A program made the position numbers and the translations under genes. Below are positions 58,743 through 64,000 of a stretch of DNA of 64,000 nucleotides, in pieces (the stretch's first letter is position 1; every line of letters starts with the position of its first letter). The DNA is from Vicinamibacterales bacterium (GTDB taxonomy: Bacteria > Acidobacteriota > Vicinamibacteria > Vicinamibacterales > SCN-69-37): positions 3,607 to 67,606 of the forward strand of contig DASZOV010000053.1 in NCBI GenBank assembly GCA_035550595.1. The letters are read 5' to 3'. The notes below the pieces were generated by a model. The model was given only the letters and a program-made list of their open reading frames with translations, was not told the origin of the DNA and did not search any database.

Positions 58743-61628
58743 ATGGCCGCGCCGCAGCTTGACGTCTTTGTCACCGCGAATCTCACGGAGATTCGGAAGC
58801 GTCTCGCGAATGATCTCGGCCCGATCATCGCGACGACACAGACGACGCTGACGCGGATGTCGCACGCCTTCGACGGTGCCGCGATCATTTCGCAGGCTGG
58901 CGCGGCGGTAAAAGCGATCGGCGACATCGGGGGCGCGTCGAAGCTCACGGCCGGCGAACAACAGAAACTGAACGGCATCCTCGACGAAGCGATCCAGAAA
59001 TACAAGGCGCTCGGCACGCAGGCCCCGCCTGAGATGGTGGCGCTGGAACAGGCCACGCGTTCGCAGGAATCGGCGTGGTCGCGTGCGAATGACGCACTCG
59101 GCAAGTTCGGCCTGAGCCTGCAGGGTCTGACCGTCGCGGGTGTCATCGGCAGCATTGTCGCCATCGGCAAAGATGCGATCGAGTCTGCGGGCCATCTCGC
59201 CGACATGAGCGCGGCGACGGGGTTGTCGACGACGGAACTTCAGCGGCTTGGTCAGGCCGGCGCACAGGTTGGCGTCGACGTCGATACCGTCGCGCGCAGC
59301 GTGCAGGGACTTCAGCGCAATCTCACGAATGGTAGCGACGGCGCCGTTGAAGCGGTTCGTCAACTTGGCCTCAACGTCGGGTCGCTACTCGCGATGTCTC
59401 CAGGTGCGATGTTCGAGACGATCGCGCGCGCGATTGCCCAGATCCCCGATCCCGCCGAGCGCACCAACACCGCCATCGAATTGCTCGGCAAACAGGGGGC
59501 CGCGGCGCTGCCATTGCTCGTCTCGAATATCGACGAACTCGAGTCGCATACGCACGCGATGCGCGACAGCACGGTCGCGAAACTCGATGAATTGGGCGAC
59601 AAGTGGAGCGAGTGGAAAGAGACCATCAAGACCGCTATCGGTGAGACCATCGCGAACTTTTCGACGCTCCAGGGCGCGATGGAGCACTGGATTCCTGTCA
59701 TGCAGGCGTGGTCTCAACAGCACGACATGGCGCAGCAGGCCATTGACGCGACTGTTGGTCTCCAGACCGAGACGGACACGTTCAAGCAGCATGCCGACGG
59801 CCTCGCCGATACGCAAAATCGCATCAACGGCTATCTCCAGACGTTCGCGAGCACGCGCGCGAAAGATGCACAAGAGGCGACACAGCAGGCCGCGCAAGCC
59901 GCGCGCGATCATCAGGCCGCTGTGAAGGCTGAGGCGGACGAAATCATCCGGCTCAACGCGCAACTGGTCGATGAAGTCACGAAGATGGATGCGATGGTCA
60001 CGCATTCGTTCGTGACTACACAGGCGATCCAAAGCTTCGCCTCGTCAATGAAGCAGATGGGGCAGGCACTCACGCTGCCGCAATATGGCGATTCGATCTC
60101 CGTCGCTGAGCACGGGCTCTCGACGCTCATGGCCAAGAACGCCGCGCCGGATGCGCTGTTCCAGTCGATCAAATTCATGCCGCGCCTTGTGCTGCCTAAA
60201 GCGCCTGAACTTGCGAGCTTTGGCGCTGAACTCGGCCAAGCGTTGAGCAGCGCGATTCAGGGGGGCGGCAACGTGGCCGAAGCCGGCGGCGCGTTTGTCG
60301 GCGGCGCGCTTGGTAACAGCATTGCGAAATCGGCCGCCAGCACGTTGACCAGCACGCTCGGCAAGACGTTCGGCGGCGTGATCGATGCCGTGTTGCCAGG
60401 ACTCGGCACGCTCCTCGGTAGCCTCGCGGGCAAAGCCATCTCTGGCCTCGGCAAACTCTTCGGCTTCGGCACGGCCGGCCGCGATCTCGTGCAGCAGTTC
60501 GCCGACTCGATGGGCGGCTTCGATGCGCTGCACGACAAGCTCGACCAGATCGGCGACGCAGGCGAACAACTCTGGAAGACGCTGACGCAGGGCGTCGGCT
60601 CGAACAATCCGAAGCAGGCGCAGGCCGCGATCGATTCGGTCAACGCGGCGCTCGACCAGTTCAACCAGACGCAGCAAGACCTGCAGGATCATTTCGCCAG
60701 CCTGCTCGATGCGGTCGGCGACTTTGGCGGCAAGGCCCCGAAGGCGTTGCAGCCGATGATCGAGCAGCTCCTGCAAATGCAGGGGCTGACCGAAGAGCAG
60801 CAGCAACTGCTCAAGGACATGCTCGGCGATCCGTCGATGGATGCGTTGCAGGATGCGGCGGACACGCTCGGCGTGTCGTTCGAACACATGGGCCAGCAGT
60901 TCAAAGAGGCCCAAATCGACAAGACCGCGTTCAGCTATCAGCACGCGCTCGATACGCTCCGCGATTCTGGCGCCGACATGAACGGCGTCCTGCTCGACTC
61001 GAAGGACAAGATCAACGATCTCGTCGATCAAGCGATCACCGCTGGCGCGGCGCTGCCCGATACGCTGAAGCCCTACATCCAGAAGCTAATCGACATGGGC
61101 CAGCTCGTCGCGCCTGACGGCTCGCTCGTCACGAACATCGATCAACTCTCGTTCGCCGACATCCCGGACGACTCGCTCGATGCGATCAAGACGATCCTCC
61201 AGCAGATCCGGGACATCCTGCAGCACGACATCCCGCAGGCCGCGAGCTATGCGCAATCAGCGCTCGACGCGGTGCATATGCCGGCGGACATCTCGCCCGG
61301 GCCGAATTATGTCCGCATCGGCGGCCAGTGGGTGAACGCCGGCAGTCCTGAAGCCGCACAGGCGATGAAGGACTCGCAGAATCGCAACGCGAACGCCGCC
61401 AACATGCCGCACATGGCGGCCGGCGGTCTCGTCACGCGGCCCACGGTCGCGCTCATCGGCGAGGCCGGCCCTGAGATGGTCGTGCCGCTCTCGCGCGGCG
61501 GCGGCTTCGTCGGCGCGGGCGCGAACATTTCAATCGTCGTCAATCCGTCGCGCGGGATGAACGAGCGCGAACTCGCGCAGGAAGTCGCGCGGCGGTTGCC
61601 GCAGGCGCTCCGACAGGCGGGCTACTGA
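58743..61628 (+). CDS. tail tape measure protein
   Basis: 961 aa, helical and Ala/Gln/Leu-rich, with Gly-rich TM-like segments (GGNVAEAGGAFVGGALGNSIAKSAAS). Confidence 0.9.
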   Translation: MAAPQLDVFVTANLTEIRKRLANDLGPIIATTQTTLTRMSHAFDGAAIISQAGAAVKAIGDIGGASKLTAGEQQKLNGILDEAIQKYKALGTQAPPEMVALEQATRSQESAWSRANDALGKFGLSLQGLTVAGVIGSIVAIGKDAIESAGHLADMSAATGLSTTELQRLGQAGAQVGVDVDTVARSVQGLQRNLTNGSDGAVEAVRQLGLNVGSLLAMSPGAMFETIARAIAQIPDPAERTNTAIELLGKQGAAALPLLVSNIDELESHTHAMRDSTVAKLDELGDKWSEWKETIKTAIGETIANFSTLQGAMEHWIPVMQAWSQQHDMAQQAIDATVGLQTETDTFKQHADGLADTQNRINGYLQTFASTRAKDAQEATQQAAQAARDHQAAVKAEADEIIRLNAQLVDEVTKMDAMVTHSFVTTQAIQSFASSMKQMGQALTLPQYGDSISVAEHGLSTLMAKNAAPDALFQSIKFMPRLVLPKAPELASFGAELGQALSSAIQGGGNVAEAGGAFVGGALGNSIAKSAASTLTSTLGKTFGGVIDAVLPGLGTLLGSLAGKAISGLGKLFGFGTAGRDLVQQFADSMGGFDALHDKLDQIGDAGEQLWKTLTQGVGSNNPKQAQAAIDSVNAALDQFNQTQQDLQDHFASLLDAVGDFGGKAPKALQPMIEQLLQMQGLTEEQQQLLKDMLGDPSMDALQDAADTLGVSFEHMGQQFKEAQIDKTAFSYQHALDTLRDSGADMNGVLLDSKDKINDLVDQAITAGAALPDTLKPYIQKLIDMGQLVAPDGSLVTNIDQLSFADIPDDSLDAIKTILQQIRDILQHDIPQAASYAQSALDAVHMPADISPGPNYVRIGGQWVNAGSPEAAQAMKDSQNRNANAANMPHMAAGGLVTRPTVALIGEAGPEMVVPLSRGGGFVGAGANISIVVNPSRGMNERELAQEVARRLPQALRQAGY

Positions 61629-63316
61629 TGGCGCTGAAGCTGACCATCGGCGGCACGAACAAGGCGTCTTCGATCGACGCAGCGGCAGCGCCGGTCATCG
61701 TCACGGACGGCTGGAATCAGCGGCCACAGGCGACGTTTACGTGTATGCCGGGCTACATCCCGGACCGCTTCGCCGAGGTCGTCATCTACGGTTCCGACGA
61801 GACCACGCCGATCTTCGGCGGATTCATCTTGTCGCGGACGATTCAGGCCGTGCAGGAGCGCGTGTTGCTCTCGCGCTGCGCCGTGTCGTGCGTCGGCTTC
61901 GCGGCGTATGCGGATTATCGATATGCGACGCTGAGTTATGACGATGAGGTCGCGCTCGAAACCGTACTCGGCGATCTCGTCGATGACTACCTCGGCGACT
62001 ACGGCATCACGTATGACGGCGCGGCGACGGGCATCACGCTCGCGGCGTTTTCGTGGGACCACGAGCGCATCTCGGACGGGCTCCGCGAGCTTGGCGATCG
62101 CGCAAATCGCGTCATTGTCATCGGTCCTGACAAGGCACTGACCGTGCTGACACCGGGCGGCACGAGCGCGCCCGTGTCGATCACGGACGCCTCGCCGAAT
62201 TGCTACGACTGCGACCTTGAAGACGACGGCGACATCCCGCCGAACAAGGTCACGCTCATTTGCGGCGCGGGCCAGAAGCCCGTGACGGAGACGTGGACGT
62301 CGGACGGCACCGCGACGAGCTACACCACGGTCTATCCGGCCTCGCAGAACAAGCAGGACCTCTACCCGAACCTGCTCAAATTCAACGGCGTTGTGCAGGA
62401 GCCGATCTCGTGGGGCGACGAGCTCGGCTCGGGTCATTGGAAATGGGACGCGGCCACACACACGCTGAGCGCACCGAACAGCGGGGCCGTGCCGAGCGCG
62501 GGCGTGGCAATCGAAGTCGCCTACACCGCGCAATATCCGTTCGAGGTCTCGAAGGATTCGGGCGACACGCCGGTCGTCGAAGAAGTCCTGACCATGCCGG
62601 ACGTGTTCGATCACGGTCAGGCGCTCGAACTCGCGCAAGCGCGGCTCGACCAGCGCAGTCCGCAGGCGCAGACGGTGACGATTCACACGCGCTCGGAGGG
62701 CTTCGCGGCCGGTCAGGCGCTGACGATCGACATCACGGCCCGCGGCGGACTGGACGCGATCTGTCTCGTCACTGAGGTCCGCACGGAGATTCGTTTCGAC
62801 GCCGTGCGGCACTACTTCGTCACGGCCGTTGGCGCAGATGCGTATCGTGGCAGCTACCTCGACCAGTGGCGCGACATGACGAACGGCGGATCATCGTCGA
62901 CGACCATTGCGGTCGTATCGGGCGCGAGTGGTGGCGGCAGCGGCGGCAGTGGTGGCGGTGCGACAGCCTCGATCTCGCCGGTCTATCTCGGCGGCTCGCG
63001 GTCCTCGGCGATTGCGCTGAGCACGGCGGCATACACGCCCGTCGTTGATGCGGTCGAGTTCAACGCGAGCGCGAGCTTCACCGGCCGCGTCCGCGTCGTG
63101 CTCCGCGCGCGGGACAGCGGTGTCGGCGCGACGGCTCGGCTCTACGACGTGACCGGCTCATCGTCGGTCGGCACATCGGACACCGTGACGTCGCAGACCG
63201 AGACGAAGAAGACGTTCCTGGTCAGCCTGACGGGCGGCCATGAATACCAGCTCGAAGTGCTGTCGTCGGCTGACGGCAAGGGCGTGTATTGCCTCGGCCA
63301 GTTGGAGGCGCTGTGA
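61628..63316 (+). CDS. distal tail / tail-tip protein
   Basis: TGATG coupling to the TMP. 562 aa. Has a Gly/Ser linker GASGGGSGGSGGGA. Confidence 0.55.
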   Translation: MALKLTIGGTNKASSIDAAAAPVIVTDGWNQRPQATFTCMPGYIPDRFAEVVIYGSDETTPIFGGFILSRTIQAVQERVLLSRCAVSCVGFAAYADYRYATLSYDDEVALETVLGDLVDDYLGDYGITYDGAATGITLAAFSWDHERISDGLRELGDRANRVIVIGPDKALTVLTPGGTSAPVSITDASPNCYDCDLEDDGDIPPNKVTLICGAGQKPVTETWTSDGTATSYTTVYPASQNKQDLYPNLLKFNGVVQEPISWGDELGSGHWKWDAATHTLSAPNSGAVPSAGVAIEVAYTAQYPFEVSKDSGDTPVVEEVLTMPDVFDHGQALELAQARLDQRSPQAQTVTIHTRSEGFAAGQALTIDITARGGLDAICLVTEVRTEIRFDAVRHYFVTAVGADAYRGSYLDQWRDMTNGGSSSTTIAVVSGASGGGSGGSGGGATASISPVYLGGSRSSAIALSTAAYTPVVDAVEFNASASFTGRVRVVLRARDSGVGATARLYDVTGSSSVGTSDTVTSQTETKKTFLVSLTGGHEYQLEVLSSADGKGVYCLGQLEAL

Positions 63317-64000
63317 AGCGATTGATGTTCATGCTCGCGTTGCTCCTGCTGCCGTCGCTGGCGCAGGCCCAGGACCAGCAGATCGACGCCTCGGCGATCT
63401 ACTCGACGGGCGATCTCACGCTGGCCCCAGCCGGCGGCGACATCATGCCGAGCGTCGGCGGGTCCGTGAATCTCGGCTCGCTGACGAAGAAATACGGCGC
63501 GGTCCACGCGTCCGAGCTGTGGGTGGAATCGCTCGTGGCCCAAGGCACGATCGCGACGATTGGTGGGCGCGTGCTCGTCGCGCCGACGACGACACTCGTC
63601 GCGGACCTGACGACCTCGGCCACGACCATCCATGTCAAGGCCAACAATCTCGCTAGTGGTGACCGCATTGTCCTGCAGGCCAACGGCGTGACGGAGTGGA
63701 TGGCGGTCACGTCGTCAGCGAGCGGATCAACCGGCGACTACAGCTATAGCGTCACGCGCAACCTCGACGGGAGTGGCGCGAACGCCTGGTCCGCTGGCGA
63801 TGCCGTGCTCAACACGGGCGTGTCAGGCGACGGCTACATCGACCTCTATTCGCTGGCCGGATTGATTCCGGGCGACACGGTGGGACCGACGATTGTCGGC
63901 AACGTCCGCACGGGCACGACATGGAACTCGGTCGCTCCGCGGTGGGCGATCGGCAACCTTGATGGTCTCTACGGCTACAGCGCGACAACCTACGGCGCGG
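63313..64000 (+). CDS. tail-tip/host-interaction protein, 5' part (runs off the window), with a signal-peptide-like N-terminus
   Basis: GTGA coupling at 63313. The frame is open to the window end. VKRLMFMLALLLLPSLAQAQ. Confidence 0.5.
   Translation, partial: MKRLMFMLALLLLPSLAQAQDQQIDASAIYSTGDLTLAPAGGDIMPSVGGSVNLGSLTKKYGAVHASELWVESLVAQGTIATIGGRVLVAPTTTLVADLTTSATTIHVKANNLASGDRIVLQANGVTEWMAVTSSASGSTGDYSYSVTRNLDGSGANAWSAGDAVLNTGVSGDGYIDLYSLAGLIPGDTVGPTIVGNVRTGTTWNSVAPRWAIGNLDGLYGYSATTYGA

Larger units (their letters stand above)
20389..64000. mobile_element. HK97-like siphovirus-type prophage (right end beyond the window)
   Basis: Ordered lysogeny, recombination, replication, nuclease/methylase, packaging, head and tail modules. 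No sheath gene was seen. The left boundary is inferred from the repeat. Confidence 0.85.

Overview
High-GC (roughly 65-70% by eye) bacterial DNA. The left ~6.6 kb looks like chromosome: a bacilliredoxin-like gene, a dioxygenase-like gene, a duplicated FtsX/MacB-type ADOP permease (typical of Acidobacteria-like soil bacteria; inference only), an AbiEii-like gene and an FkbM-like methyltransferase. The other ~57 kb is mobile DNA, apparently two elements in tandem. (1) A ~13.7 kb island (about 6.6-20.4 kb) is bracketed by direct ~70-bp repeats that contain a tRNA-Glu-like 3' end. It encodes two XRE regulators, a prim-pol/D5-P4 primase-helicase, an HK97-type prohead protease with no recognisable capsid, portal or terminase, DUF2958, a large serine recombinase, and a left-end cargo operon with a TNT-like NADase toxin candidate. 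(2) An HK97-like siphovirus-type prophage runs from about 20.4 kb past the window end. It has a lysogeny cassette, a CI/Cro switch, Erf/YqaJ recombination, O-like initiator with internal iterons, DnaB, four HNH nucleases, Dam methylase, an XF1762-like protein, TerS/TerL, portal, S49 protease, major capsid, connectors, tail tube, G/GT chaperone, tape measure and tail tip. The most unusual signal is three phase-locked (NNGGC)n pentanucleotide arrays of 11, 23 and 12 units. They fill consecutive intergenic gaps around three unknown genes just upstream of the packaging module. Their geometry matches the triplet-repeat RNA tracks bound by ring proteins such as TRAP. Other notable structure includes a 16.5-copy 27-bp in-frame tandem repeat (nonapeptide solenoid-like protein), CGCGAAG heptamer arrays next to the permease, and YTACCGGGCGG-type repeats in the island's non-coding gaps. 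All functional calls come from reading the translations and recalling family motifs. No database search was run. No rRNA, intact tRNA or CRISPR array was found.
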